A stretch of 64,000 nucleotides of DNA from Candidatus Omnitrophota bacterium (GTDB lineage Bacteria; Omnitrophota; Gorgyraeia; Gygaellales; Profunditerraquicolaceae). Below, piece after piece: positions 29,252-38,257 of the stretch. Position 1 is the stretch's first letter, and each line of letters opens with the position of its first letter. Below the pieces are notes generated by a model. That model was not told the DNA's origin. It did not search any database and saw only the letters and a list, made by a program, of their open reading frames with translations. Where the stretch lies: the NCBI GenBank assembly GCA_028716705.1, contig JAQUPI010000001.1:1614-65613 (forward strand), given 5' to 3'. The translations under genes were made by a program, and so were the position numbers.

Positions 29252-30213
29252 TCGGATATTTCTTCTTAGCCGTGCTTGTTGTTTTTTTCGCCTTTAATAT
29301 GGGCGCGAGCGGGATCGCCCCCTCCTTCGCTTCTGCTTATGGCGGAAGATTGATCAAGAAAAGGAGCGCCCTTTTATTATTCGCGATCTTTGTAATCCTG
29401 GGAGCGGTTACTTTGGGCAGGAATGTAGCCCTTACCCTGGGCAAGGGTTTATTGCCCCAGGAATTTGTGAGCTTTGATGTAGTGTTGGTTATACTTGTCG
29501 CGGCGACTGCCGGGCTTTTCTTAGCCAACCTGTTGAAGATCCCGCAGTCAACCAGCCAGGTTACTGTAGGGGCAATTTTAGGAGCGGGAATGTATTTTAA
29601 TGATTTGAATCAGAGGACTTTTTTTCTGAAAATACTTCCCGTGTGGATCCTCTTACCCTTATTGTCCTATCTATTCACATGGCTGATCTACCGGAAGGTC
29701 TATCCTCCGGAACACGATAACCTGCATATCTATCAAAAATTATTCGCTAATGAGAAGAAATTAAAATTACTTGCTTTGATAGCGAGCTGTTATGTCGCTT
29801 TCGCTATCGGCACAAATAACGTTGGGAACGCTGTCGGGCCTTTATTCGGGGCAGGCATCATGGGGATCAATATAGGCTTGATCCTGGTCTCGCCGCTTTT
29901 TGGCATCGGCGCTTTGATCCTGGGAAAAGGAACCCTTGAGACAGCAGGCAAGGAGATAATACCGCTGGGATTATTCTCAAGTACTTTGGTCTCATTTGTT
30001 ACAGCTACCCTGTTAATAATCGCCTCGTCCTTGGGGATACCGCAGTCGCTGGTGCAACTCAATATACTTTCTATTTTCGCGGTAAGTTGCCTGAAAGACG
30101 GGCATAAATGTACATTGGACCGGCAGTTAACCAAGAAAACATTCCTTATTTGGGCAATTACGCCTTTAATTTCTCTAGTCTTATCTTATTCGTTGTTGTT
30201 TATGATAAAATAA
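29248..30213 (+). CDS. PiT-family inorganic anion permease; by context a CysP-like sulfate permease
   Basis: Multi-TM protein with duplicated GANDVANA-like motifs (GTNNVGNAVGP); cysH-cysP adjacency as in the Bacillus cysH operon. Confidence 0.65.
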   Translation: MIGYFFLAVLVVFFAFNMGASGIAPSFASAYGGRLIKKRSALLLFAIFVILGAVTLGRNVALTLGKGLLPQEFVSFDVVLVILVAATAGLFLANLLKIPQSTSQVTVGAILGAGMYFNDLNQRTFFLKILPVWILLPLLSYLFTWLIYRKVYPPEHDNLHIYQKLFANEKKLKLLALIASCYVAFAIGTNNVGNAVGPLFGAGIMGINIGLILVSPLFGIGALILGKGTLETAGKEIIPLGLFSSTLVSFVTATLLIIASSLGIPQSLVQLNILSIFAVSCLKDGHKCTLDRQLTKKTFLIWAITPLISLVLSYSLLFMIK

Positions 30214-30271
30214 GAGAACGTTTACGGAGAAAAAACCCCAAACCTTACCTGGCCTTATCGGATAGGCCAGT

Positions 30272-30352
30272 ATGCGTTGCTGCGCAATCGGATGGTGCGC
30301 ACTTTCTGTGCAGCACCCGATCCTATCGGATGAATCGATGTGCATTTTCTAA
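30272..30352 (+). CDS. Candidate 26-aa Cys-rich upstream ORF (MRCCAIGWCALSVQHPILSDESMCIF) ending 14 nt before the cysK2 start
   Basis: 5 Cys codons in 26 including a CC pair; preceded by hairpin GGCCTTATCGGATAGGCC; no clear SD; speculative. Confidence 0.2.
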   Translation: MRCCAIGWCALSVQHPILSDESMCIF

Positions 30353-30365
30353 GCAAGGAGAAGAT

Positions 30366-31301
30366 ATGTCTTTTTCGGACAAGATCATTAATAATGTTAC
30401 TGAATTGATCGGCCATACTCCGCTGGTAAGGCTAAACCGCATGGTCAACGATAAGATGGCGGATATTTTGGCGAAATTAGAATCCTTTAACCCCAGCGGA
30501 AGCGTAAAAGACAGGATCTGCCTTGAGATGATCGAAGACGCGGAGAAAAAAGGCCTGCTTAAGGCAGGCTCAACCATAGTTGAGCCTACTTCAGGCAATA
30601 CCGGAATCGGCCTGGCCATGATCTCCGCCGTGAAAGGATATAAATGTATCCTGGTGATGTCTGAAGCCATGAGCCTGGAAAGGATATACATACTCAAAAC
30701 TTACGGGGCCCAGATCGTGCTTACGCCTGCTTCTGAGGGCATGCAGGGAGCGATCAACAAGGCGCAAGAAATCATAAGAAAGACCCCGGATAGTTTTATG
30801 CCGCAGCAATTTAAGAACGCGGCTAATCCCGAAGCGCACCGTAAATCTACCGCTTTGGAGATACTCGAGGCGACAAAGGGCGATCTTGACGCTTTTGTTT
30901 CGGGAGTCGGCACCGGAGGAACCATTACCGGCGTGGGCGAAGTCCTCAAGAAACATGATAAGAATATAAAGATCATTGCCGTCGAACCAAAAGGGAGCGC
31001 GGTTTTGTCCGGACAAAAAGCGGGTTTTCACAGGATCCAGGGTATCGGGGCCGGCTTTATCCCGGATATCTTAAACCGGGGCATTATCGACGAGGTGATC
31101 CCCGTGGAAGATAAAGACGCTTTCAGGATAGCAAAATCGCTGGCTAAGGAAGAAGGGCTCTTCGCCGGTATTTCAGCGGGAGCCGCTGTATGGGCCGCTT
31201 TAAAAGTTGCCGGGGAAATGGGCAAAGGTAAGCGCATTGTGGTAGTGTTGCCGGATACGGGAGAAAGGTATTTTTCCATGCAGCAGTATTTTGAGGCATA
31301 A
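30366..31301 (+). CDS. Cysteine synthase paralog (CysK/CysM-like)
   Basis: RBS AAGGAGAAG; [26 protein letters not shown] motifs; tracked ORF 30108 trimmed to ATG 30366. Confidence 0.85.
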   Translation: MSFSDKIINNVTELIGHTPLVRLNRMVNDKMADILAKLESFNPSGSVKDRICLEMIEDAEKKGLLKAGSTIVEPTSGNTGIGLAMISAVKGYKCILVMSEAMSLERIYILKTYGAQIVLTPASEGMQGAINKAQEIIRKTPDSFMPQQFKNAANPEAHRKSTALEILEATKGDLDAFVSGVGTGGTITGVGEVLKKHDKNIKIIAVEPKGSAVLSGQKAGFHRIQGIGAGFIPDILNRGIIDEVIPVEDKDAFRIAKSLAKEEGLFAGISAGAAVWAALKVAGEMGKGKRIVVVLPDTGERYFSMQQYFEA

Positions 31302-31303
31302 AC

Positions 31304-31795
31304 ATGAGAAGGCGGCCATTTATTCCCTATTACCCGGTGGCTTTGAACCTCTCCGGCAGGCTTGTCGCGGTTGTTGGTGGAGGCAAGGTCGCCGAACGCA
31401 AGATAAATAAACTCCTTCGCGCGAAAGCGCGAATAAAAGTAATTTCGCCTGTTATCACGCCCGCCTTAAAGCGTTTAGTTTCTAAAAAGAAAATAACCTG
31501 GGTTTGCCGTTCCGTGCGCAGCCGGGACCTGCGCGCCTCAACTCTTGTTATAGCGGCTGCTTCTAATTCCGCGGTGAATAAATCGGTGAGCAGATGGTCA
31601 GAAAACGGGAAAATATGGGCCAACGTAGTGGATGACCCGGAACTGAGCGATTTTATTTCACCCGCGTCCTTCCGTAAGGGAAAAGCGGTCATCAGCGTTC
31701 ATACGGACGGAAAGGATCCGGTCCTGTCCCGGGATTTAAAAAATTTCTTAAAGGAAGAATGGGATGATTTTTTATCTTATCGGCGTAAATCATAA
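31304..31795 (+). CDS. Precorrin-2 dehydrogenase / sirohydrochlorin ferrochelatase N-terminal-type protein (SirC/Met8-like)
   Basis: VVGGGKVAERK Rossmann motif; CysG-N-like. Confidence 0.7.
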   Translation: MRRRPFIPYYPVALNLSGRLVAVVGGGKVAERKINKLLRAKARIKVISPVITPALKRLVSKKKITWVCRSVRSRDLRASTLVIAAASNSAVNKSVSRWSENGKIWANVVDDPELSDFISPASFRKGKAVISVHTDGKDPVLSRDLKNFLKEEWDDFLSYRRKS

Positions 31796-32741
31796 GACCG
31801 CCCCTATCGGCGCGCGTGAAGCGTTGTATCGTAAACGCCAGGAGATAGCCGGGTATTCGACTGGGTATATTGAGGGCGCGGCGGTTCTTTGCACTTGCAA
31901 TAGAATCGAACTTTACGGCTTCGCCGCGGACCTTCCTCAGGCGGACATATCCATAAGGCATTTCCGGGGGAAGTTCAGGGAGTTTTCCCGTTATGGTTAT
32001 GTCATATCGGGACAAGCCAATGTATTCCGTCATTTATTGCGCCTGGCAACAGGGCTTGAATCGCAGGTCAGGGGCGAACAGCAGATTCTGCGGCAGTTAC
32101 ACAATTGGAAACTGCGGGATCCTTTTCACGCTCCATTCCAGTTACTGGTAAATAAGGCGCTGTCATGCGCAAGGGTTATTCGCATGAACGCGGGCCTAGA
32201 CCGCGAAGAATATAACATCGCTGATTTAGTTTCAAAAGAATTAATAAGGCTTCTTTGGGACCGTGAACGCCCTGAGGTTGTCATTATCGGGACGGGAAAG
32301 ATCGCCGAGCTTTTTGCTTCCATTGAAAACGCGCCTCTTTATTTACATTTTGCGGGCCACAAAAATTATCCTAAAGCGCAAGAATTGGCAAGAAGGTCAA
32401 AAGGGCAGGCATTGATGCTTGAAGACCTTCCGGGAGCCCTTCTAAGGGCTGACGCGATGATAAGCGCCACTTCCAGCCCGCATTTTTTGTTCAGCCGGGA
32501 TTATTTCCGGAAGGTTTTGAGCGTCCGGGAGAAGCCGCTTTATATTTATGATCTGGCAATACCCAGGGATATAGACCCCGAAGTTAAAGGGATGAAGGGG
32601 GCCGTTTTGTATGATCTGGACAATTTAGGGGAAGTATTTAACGAGCATCATAAAGCGCTGAGCGTTAATCTGCTTCAGGCTGAATATATGATAGAAGAGG
32701 CTATTCGAATTCAAGGGGATATATTATGCGCAAGATCTTAA
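31764..32741 (+). CDS. hemA: Glutamyl-tRNA reductase
   Basis: N-terminal LIGVNHKTAPIGAREAL and CNRIELY catalytic Cys motif. Confidence 0.85.
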   Translation: MIFYLIGVNHKTAPIGAREALYRKRQEIAGYSTGYIEGAAVLCTCNRIELYGFAADLPQADISIRHFRGKFREFSRYGYVISGQANVFRHLLRLATGLESQVRGEQQILRQLHNWKLRDPFHAPFQLLVNKALSCARVIRMNAGLDREEYNIADLVSKELIRLLWDRERPEVVIIGTGKIAELFASIENAPLYLHFAGHKNYPKAQELARRSKGQALMLEDLPGALLRADAMISATSSPHFLFSRDYFRKVLSVREKPLYIYDLAIPRDIDPEVKGMKGAVLYDLDNLGEVFNEHHKALSVNLLQAEYMIEEAIRIQGDILCARS

Positions 32742-33391
32742 GGATGGGCATACGGCCGAGCCGGTTAGCTTTAAAACAGGCTGAAGAAATAAAAAGTAGT
32801 TTTCCTTCCGCCTCCTTCAAGATAATTGCTATCAAAACCGCGGGCGATAAAGACAGGATAACTCCCTTAAGCGACGTAGAAGGCTCGGATTTCTTTACCA
32901 AAGAGATCGACGACGCGCTTTTGTCCGGAGAGATCGATCTGGCAGTGCACAGCAGCAAGGACCTGCCGGATATTATCCCGCCAGGTTTAAGGGTTATTCT
33001 CGAGACAGAATCGATCAGCCTTTTTGACGCGCTGGTATCGCGTGACGGCCTTAAGCTTATGGATCTGCCCGGAGGCTCTAGGGTCGGTTCAAGCAGCTTA
33101 AGGAGAAAAAGCCAGCTTAGCCGGATCAGAGACGATCTGGAGGCCGTGGATATCCGGGGAACGATAGAAGAACGCCTGGCTTTGGTTGATTCCAAAAGAA
33201 TCGACGCCTTGATCGTCGCGCACGCGGCATTGATCAGGTTAGGGCTTGAGGAAAGAATAACCGAAGTCTTTCCGTTGAAAATTTTTCAAACGCATTCCAA
33301 GCAGGGAAGGTTGTCCTTATTGGTAATGGAGGATAGGTGCGAAAGGGTAAAGTTTATATTATCGGGGCAGGCCCGGGTGACTGGGAACTGA
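32726..33391 (+). CDS. hemC: Hydroxymethylbilane synthase (porphobilinogen deaminase), apparently C-terminally truncated (221 aa; lacks domain 3 with the cofactor-binding Cys)
   Basis: Aligns to HemC domains 1-2 (GTRGSRLALKQ...AVHSSKDLP...GSSSLRRKSQL) then stops; overlaps cobA by 55 nt. Confidence 0.7.
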   Translation: MRKILRMGIRPSRLALKQAEEIKSSFPSASFKIIAIKTAGDKDRITPLSDVEGSDFFTKEIDDALLSGEIDLAVHSSKDLPDIIPPGLRVILETESISLFDALVSRDGLKLMDLPGGSRVGSSSLRRKSQLSRIRDDLEAVDIRGTIEERLALVDSKRIDALIVAHAALIRLGLEERITEVFPLKIFQTHSKQGRLSLLVMEDRCERVKFILSGQARVTGN

Positions 33392-34044
33392 TCAGCGTAA
33401 AAGGCCTTGAAAGGTTGAAAGAGGCGGATGCCATCGTCTATGATTTTCTGGCCTCGAAGGATCTTCTGGCCTTCGCGAAAAAAGGCGCGCGAGTAATTTG
33501 CGCCGGAAAAGCCGATGGGCTGCATATATTAGAGCAGGGGCAGATCAATAAACTACTCTACGAAGAAGCAAAGAGGGGCAAAACTGTCGCCAGGCTTAAG
33601 GGGGGAGACCCCTTTGTGTTCAGCCGGGGCATCGAAGAAGCGCTTTATTTAAAGAAAAAGAAGGTCGACTTCGAGGTCATCCCCGGGATAACTTCAGCCT
33701 TTGCCTCGGCGGAGAGTTTTGGGATCCCCTTGACCAGAAGAGGAAAGTTTTCTTCGGTCGCGGTTTTGACAGGAAGAAAGAGCAGTGGCAAAAGCCTGGA
33801 TGCCCCGGATTGCGATACTTTGGTTTATCTGATGGCTGTCGGAAATATTAAGAAAGTTGTCGAGAAGATACTGGCATCAGGAAGGCCGGAATCAACACCA
33901 TGCGTTTTCATCGAGCGCGCGACTACAAAAGACAAGCGGATCGTTAGAGGTAATTTAGGAAATATCGAGCGCCGCGCTCAGAAATACTCAGTGCGTGCCC
34001 CCGCGGTATTTATAGTCGGTAAGATCGTAAATTATGGAAAATAA
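33337..34044 (+). CDS. cobA: Uroporphyrinogen-III C-methyltransferase (SUMT)
   Basis: GTG start; VYIIGAGPGDWELISVKG SUMT N-terminal motif. Confidence 0.8.
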   Translation: MRKGKVYIIGAGPGDWELISVKGLERLKEADAIVYDFLASKDLLAFAKKGARVICAGKADGLHILEQGQINKLLYEEAKRGKTVARLKGGDPFVFSRGIEEALYLKKKKVDFEVIPGITSAFASAESFGIPLTRRGKFSSVAVLTGRKSSGKSLDAPDCDTLVYLMAVGNIKKVVEKILASGRPESTPCVFIERATTKDKRIVRGNLGNIERRAQKYSVRAPAVFIVGKIVNYGK

Positions 34045-34939
34045 TATTATCTACCCCTATTTTGTCGTTGAAGGAAGGAACAAAAAGCAAGAAATAAAGA
34101 ATTTTCCCGGTATTTATAGATTCTCTGCCGATACGCTGCTTAAGGATGTTTCTGAAGCCGGATCGCTGGGTTTGAGCAAGATTCTATTATTCGGCATACC
34201 ATCGAGAAAGGACAGCGAAGCCGTTTCCGCCTGCGGCCCCGGCAGTATCGCGGCAAAAGCGGTAAAGAGCCTGAAGAAAGAATTTAAGGATTTGACGGTA
34301 TTTACCGATGTCTGCCTGTGCGCGTATACTACCCACGGCCATTGCGGTTTGTTTAAGGAAGGAAAGAGAGAAATAGATCCTAAACGCACATTAAGCAGGC
34401 TGGCGGACGTTGCTTTATCCCACGCGGAGGCGGGGGTAGATTTTGTGGCTCCTTCCGCCATGGCCAAAGGACAGATCTTGGCCATAAGAAACGCTTTGGA
34501 TAAAAGAGGTTTCCGGAATGTCAAGATCATGGGTTATTCCGCCAAATTCGCCTCAAACTTTTATGGGCCTTTCCGCGAGGCGGCGGATTCAGCGCCCGCT
34601 TTCGGTGATAGAAGCGGCTACCAGCTTAATTATACGGATCCGGCCGCCGCCTTAAGAGAGATCACCCAGGATATAAAAGAGGGAGCGGATATAGTCATGG
34701 TAAAGCCGGCGCTAAGCTATTTGGATGTGATCAAGCAGGCAAGCCTCAAATTTGACCATCCTCTTGCTGCTTTTAACGTAAGCGGAGAATACGCATTGGT
34801 GAAGTACGGCGCAGGAAGAGGCCTTTGGGATGAAAAAAAGATGACTTTAGAGATTATCTCTTCTATAAAACGCGCCGGAGCGGATTTAATAATTACCTAT
34901 CACGCTAAGGATATCGCGAAATGGTTAAAGAAAACCTGA
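34034..34939 (+). CDS. hemB: Porphobilinogen synthase (ALA dehydratase)
   Basis: HemB-like body with active-site Lys regions (MVKPAL). Confidence 0.85.
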   Translation: MENNIIYPYFVVEGRNKKQEIKNFPGIYRFSADTLLKDVSEAGSLGLSKILLFGIPSRKDSEAVSACGPGSIAAKAVKSLKKEFKDLTVFTDVCLCAYTTHGHCGLFKEGKREIDPKRTLSRLADVALSHAEAGVDFVAPSAMAKGQILAIRNALDKRGFRNVKIMGYSAKFASNFYGPFREAADSAPAFGDRSGYQLNYTDPAAALREITQDIKEGADIVMVKPALSYLDVIKQASLKFDHPLAAFNVSGEYALVKYGAGRGLWDEKKMTLEIISSIKRAGADLIITYHAKDIAKWLKKT

Positions 34940-36174
34940 TGACTTTTAATAGGGCAAAAAAATACCTTGTGGGCGGAGTGAATAGCCCTGTGCGCAGTTT
35001 TTCTTATGTGGGCGGCCAACCGCTGTTGATCAAAAAGGGGAAGGGCGCGAGAATATACGATTACGATTCTAAAAGGTACATCGATTATGTGCTCTCGTGG
35101 GGCAGCCTGATCTTAGGGCATGCGCACCCGGCAGTCATGGGCGCTTTAAAGAAGAGGATCGATCAGGGATTGAGTTTCGGTGCTACTAACGCCCTGGAGA
35201 TAGAATTAGCAGCGGCTATCCTAGAAGCAATACCGGCTATGGATAAAATTAGATTTGTGAATTCCGGGACCGAGGCGGTTATGGCAGCGCTGAGGCTGGC
35301 TCGCGGATATACGAAGCGGGACAGGATAATAAAATTCGAGCATTCTTATCACGGCCATGCCGATTACCTCCTGGCCGCTTCCGGATCAGGCTTGGCAACC
35401 CTGAGTATCGCGCGAAGCCGGGGAGTCCCGGAGGAGTTTATAAAGAATACTTTAGTCGCGCCTTATGGAGACAGTGAATATTTAATCCGGACATTCAGAA
35501 AATACGGCAGTAAGGTCGCGGCTGTAATATTTGAGCCTGTGGGAGGCAATTACGGAGTGATCCCCCCGGATATTTCTTTTTTGAGGTTTTTGAGGTCGGT
35601 TACCAGCAAGTACGGCGCCTTGCTGGTCGCTGATGAAGTGATCACGGGTTTTCGTTCCCGCTTCGGTTCGCTCAGCGAAGAATTCGGCATAACCCCGGAT
35701 TTGATCACTTTGGGCAAGATCATAGGAGGCGGCTTACCGGTCGGCGCCTGCGCCGGGAAAGAAAAAGTAATGCGTTATTTGGCGCCGCTGGGAAAAGTTT
35801 ACCAGGCATCTACTTTCGCCGGTAATCCTATTGTGATGCAGGCCGGAGTATCCACCCTCTTAACTTTAAAGAAATTACAAAAAAAATATCCAAATTTACG
35901 CGATCTGACCGTTGAGCTGACCGGTTTTATCCGGGAGCAAGCCGGGGAATACGCGGTGCCTCTTGAGGTAAACAGTTATGGTTCGATGTTCAGCCTGAAG
36001 TTCAAGAGCAGGGAAGGCTTTAAAAAATTTTATAAAGGAATGCTTGACGCGGGGGTTTTCCTGGCGCCCTCCGAATACGAGTCGAATTTTTTATCTTTCG
36101 CGCATACCGGCAAGGATATCGAAGAAACAAAGAAAGCGGTTAAATCCGCTTTATCCAGGGTAAGAGAAAGGTGA
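34939..36174 (+). CDS. hemL: Glutamate-1-semialdehyde 2,1-aminomutase
   Basis: Class III aminotransferase; VNSPVRSF N-terminus, PLP-Lys context LGKIIGGG; TGATG overlap with hemB. Confidence 0.85.
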   Translation: MTFNRAKKYLVGGVNSPVRSFSYVGGQPLLIKKGKGARIYDYDSKRYIDYVLSWGSLILGHAHPAVMGALKKRIDQGLSFGATNALEIELAAAILEAIPAMDKIRFVNSGTEAVMAALRLARGYTKRDRIIKFEHSYHGHADYLLAASGSGLATLSIARSRGVPEEFIKNTLVAPYGDSEYLIRTFRKYGSKVAAVIFEPVGGNYGVIPPDISFLRFLRSVTSKYGALLVADEVITGFRSRFGSLSEEFGITPDLITLGKIIGGGLPVGACAGKEKVMRYLAPLGKVYQASTFAGNPIVMQAGVSTLLTLKKLQKKYPNLRDLTVELTGFIREQAGEYAVPLEVNSYGSMFSLKFKSREGFKKFYKGMLDAGVFLAPSEYESNFLSFAHTGKDIEETKKAVKSALSRVRER

Positions 36175-36177
36175 GAT

Positions 36178-36900
36178 ATGGAAAATATCGATTATGATGC
36201 CTTGAAAAAACGCGGTTTTTTAAGACAAAAACAGGAAGGCTTTTTTGTGTTGAGGACCAGGATGTCAGAAGGCGTATACAAAAAAGAACACCTTGAGAAA
36301 ATAAGCGAAATAGCCCAAAAGTTCGGGCGCGGTTTCGCGCATATTACCGTACGCCAGGGCATAGAAGTCCCTTTTATCAAATTCGAAGACATTCCCCAGG
36401 TTGAAGCTGAACTTAAGCTGGCGGGAATAGAAGCGGGGACTTCGGGCCCCAGGCTGCGCGCAACTACCTGCTGCCCCGGAAATAATTGGTGCAAGCAGGG
36501 CTTGATCGACACATTTTCATTGGCTGAGAGGATCGAGAAGGAATTAGGGATAAAGTGCGGCCTGGACCTGCCGCATAAATTCAAGATAGCTGTTTCCGGA
36601 TGCCCCAACGCGTGCACGCGGCCGCAGTGGTCTGAGATCGGCATTCACGGGCAAATAGATACGGATTCTCCCGATAGACGTATAGGGTATGCCGTATATT
36701 TAGGCGGCTGCGGGGGAAGGGACCCAAAAAGCGGATTTAAGCTGGATAAAATCTTTACGGATGAGGAAGTGTTAGCTCTTTTAAAACGGGTTGTTGATTA
36801 TTACAAAGATAAGGCCAGGCCGAGGCAGAGGTTGGGGTTATTGATCGAAGAGGGCGGTAAAGACAAGTTTCTGCGGGGGATAGGCCTGGCTCCCGGATAA
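36178..36900 (+). CDS. Small (240 aa) siroheme/4Fe-4S nitrite-sulfite reductase-like protein (Dsr-LP-like minimal sulfite reductase)
   Basis: CPGNNWC (C-x5-C) and SGCPNAC (C-x3-C) siroheme-Fe-S binding cysteine pattern; adjacent to siroheme synthesis genes. Confidence 0.65.
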   Translation: MENIDYDALKKRGFLRQKQEGFFVLRTRMSEGVYKKEHLEKISEIAQKFGRGFAHITVRQGIEVPFIKFEDIPQVEAELKLAGIEAGTSGPRLRATTCCPGNNWCKQGLIDTFSLAERIEKELGIKCGLDLPHKFKIAVSGCPNACTRPQWSEIGIHGQIDTDSPDRRIGYAVYLGGCGGRDPKSGFKLDKIFTDEEVLALLKRVVDYYKDKARPRQRLGLLIEEGGKDKFLRGIGLAPG

Positions 36901-36940
36901 TTTTATTGCCTCGTTTCAGCATTCAGGATATAATGATTTT

Positions 36941-37891
36941 ATGGATCATAAAGCCATAAAAGAAAAGATCGCCCATGCGAAAAGCATAGTGATCGCCGGG
37001 CATATTAATCCCGACGGAGATTCGATAGGATCGCTTTTGTCTCTGGGCCTGGGCATGGAGAAGCTGGGTAAGCGGGTATACATGCTCAGCGCTGACGCGG
37101 TACCCGCGAAATACAGGTTCCTCCCAGGCGCGGACCGCATCATAAGCGATACCCGGAAGAACGCGGACCTGGCTATTTCGGTGGACTGCAGCAATAAAGA
37201 GATGCTGGGAAGCGCGTATAATGTGATCAAAAGGGCTAAAGACATACTGGAAATAGACCACCATGAATTTAAGCGCCCTTTTGGCAACCTTTTTTTAATA
37301 GATTACAAGGCTGCCGCGGTTGGGGAATTGGTTTACCGGCTCCTCCAGGAATTGGGTATCGATATAGACAGGGATATAGCCCAGAACCTATTGACCTCTA
37401 TAATCGTAGAGACAAATTCATTCCGTCTGCCTAACGTCAGGCCCCTGACCTTTAAGATATGCGCGGAGCTGATAAAAAAAGACGTGGATTTCTATAATTT
37501 AGTGGATATGGTTTTTTGGTCCAGGACCAGGGAATCCGCGGTCTTAACCGGTATCTGCCTGGCAAGGTGTAAGTTCCTCGAAGAGGGGAGGCTGGCCTGG
37601 TCCATAATAAGAGAAAAAGATTTTAAGCTTGTAAACGGCAAAGACGAGGACATAGACGCCGTTGCCGATGAAATACGCGCGATCCAGGGCGTGGAAATAG
37701 TTGTTTTATTCAGGGAAAAAAGCAAAAAGGTCCTGAGGGTCAGCTTGAGGTCTAAAGGAAGGATAAATGTAGCGGCCGTTGCCGAATATTACAAGGGAGG
37801 CGGGCACTTCGATATCGCCGGATGCACCATACCCAATAACCCGGAATCTATCCGGGAGCTATTGGTTATTTCAAAGAGCATCTTGCGTTAA
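36941..37891 (+). CDS. nrnA: DHH/DHHA1 phosphoesterase, NrnA-like (oligoribonuclease / pAp phosphatase)
   Basis: AGHINPDGDSIGS DHH motif I; DHHA1-like C-terminus (GGGH). Confidence 0.75.
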   Translation: MDHKAIKEKIAHAKSIVIAGHINPDGDSIGSLLSLGLGMEKLGKRVYMLSADAVPAKYRFLPGADRIISDTRKNADLAISVDCSNKEMLGSAYNVIKRAKDILEIDHHEFKRPFGNLFLIDYKAAAVGELVYRLLQELGIDIDRDIAQNLLTSIIVETNSFRLPNVRPLTFKICAELIKKDVDFYNLVDMVFWSRTRESAVLTGICLARCKFLEEGRLAWSIIREKDFKLVNGKDEDIDAVADEIRAIQGVEIVVLFREKSKKVLRVSLRSKGRINVAAVAEYYKGGGHFDIAGCTIPNNPESIRELLVISKSILR

Positions 37892-37981
37892 GAAAATACA
37901 AGGGGAGGGAATTAACTCCACTTGACATTTCCGGGAAATTGGATAAGAATAAAATCAGTTAGTTTATTAGAGGAGCTTAAA

Positions 37982-38203
37982 ATGAGAGAAAAGGTGGAAC
38001 AGGCTTTGGATAAAATAAGGCCCATGCTTATGGCTGACGGCGGAAACGTGGAATTGGTGGAAGTCACAGCCGATGGGATAGTGAAACTGAAGCTTACCGG
38101 AAGCTGCGGATGCTGTCCGATGAGCCAGATGACCTTAAAAAACGGCATCGAGAGGCTGTTGAAAGAGGCAGTTCCGGAAGTAAAGGAAGTCGTTTCCTTA
38201 TAA
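37982..38203 (+). CDS. Nfu/NifU C-terminal-domain Fe-S cluster carrier
   Basis: RBS AGGAG; GSCGCCPMS CxxC motif in an Nfu-like 73-aa protein; tracked ORF 37922 trimmed. Confidence 0.6.
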   Translation: MREKVEQALDKIRPMLMADGGNVELVEVTADGIVKLKLTGSCGCCPMSQMTLKNGIERLLKEAVPEVKEVVSL

Positions 38204-38257
38204 ATCCTCTAGTCAAGATCTTCCCTTATCCATGCCGCTCGAAGCGTAATTCTCCAA

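Noticed and set aside
30108-30365. N-terminal extension of the second cysK ORF (MYIGPAVNQENIPYLGNYAFNFSS...)
   Set aside because: It overlaps the end of the PiT permease gene and the structured leader; cysteine synthases start at about MSFSDKI with an AAGGAG RBS (30366).
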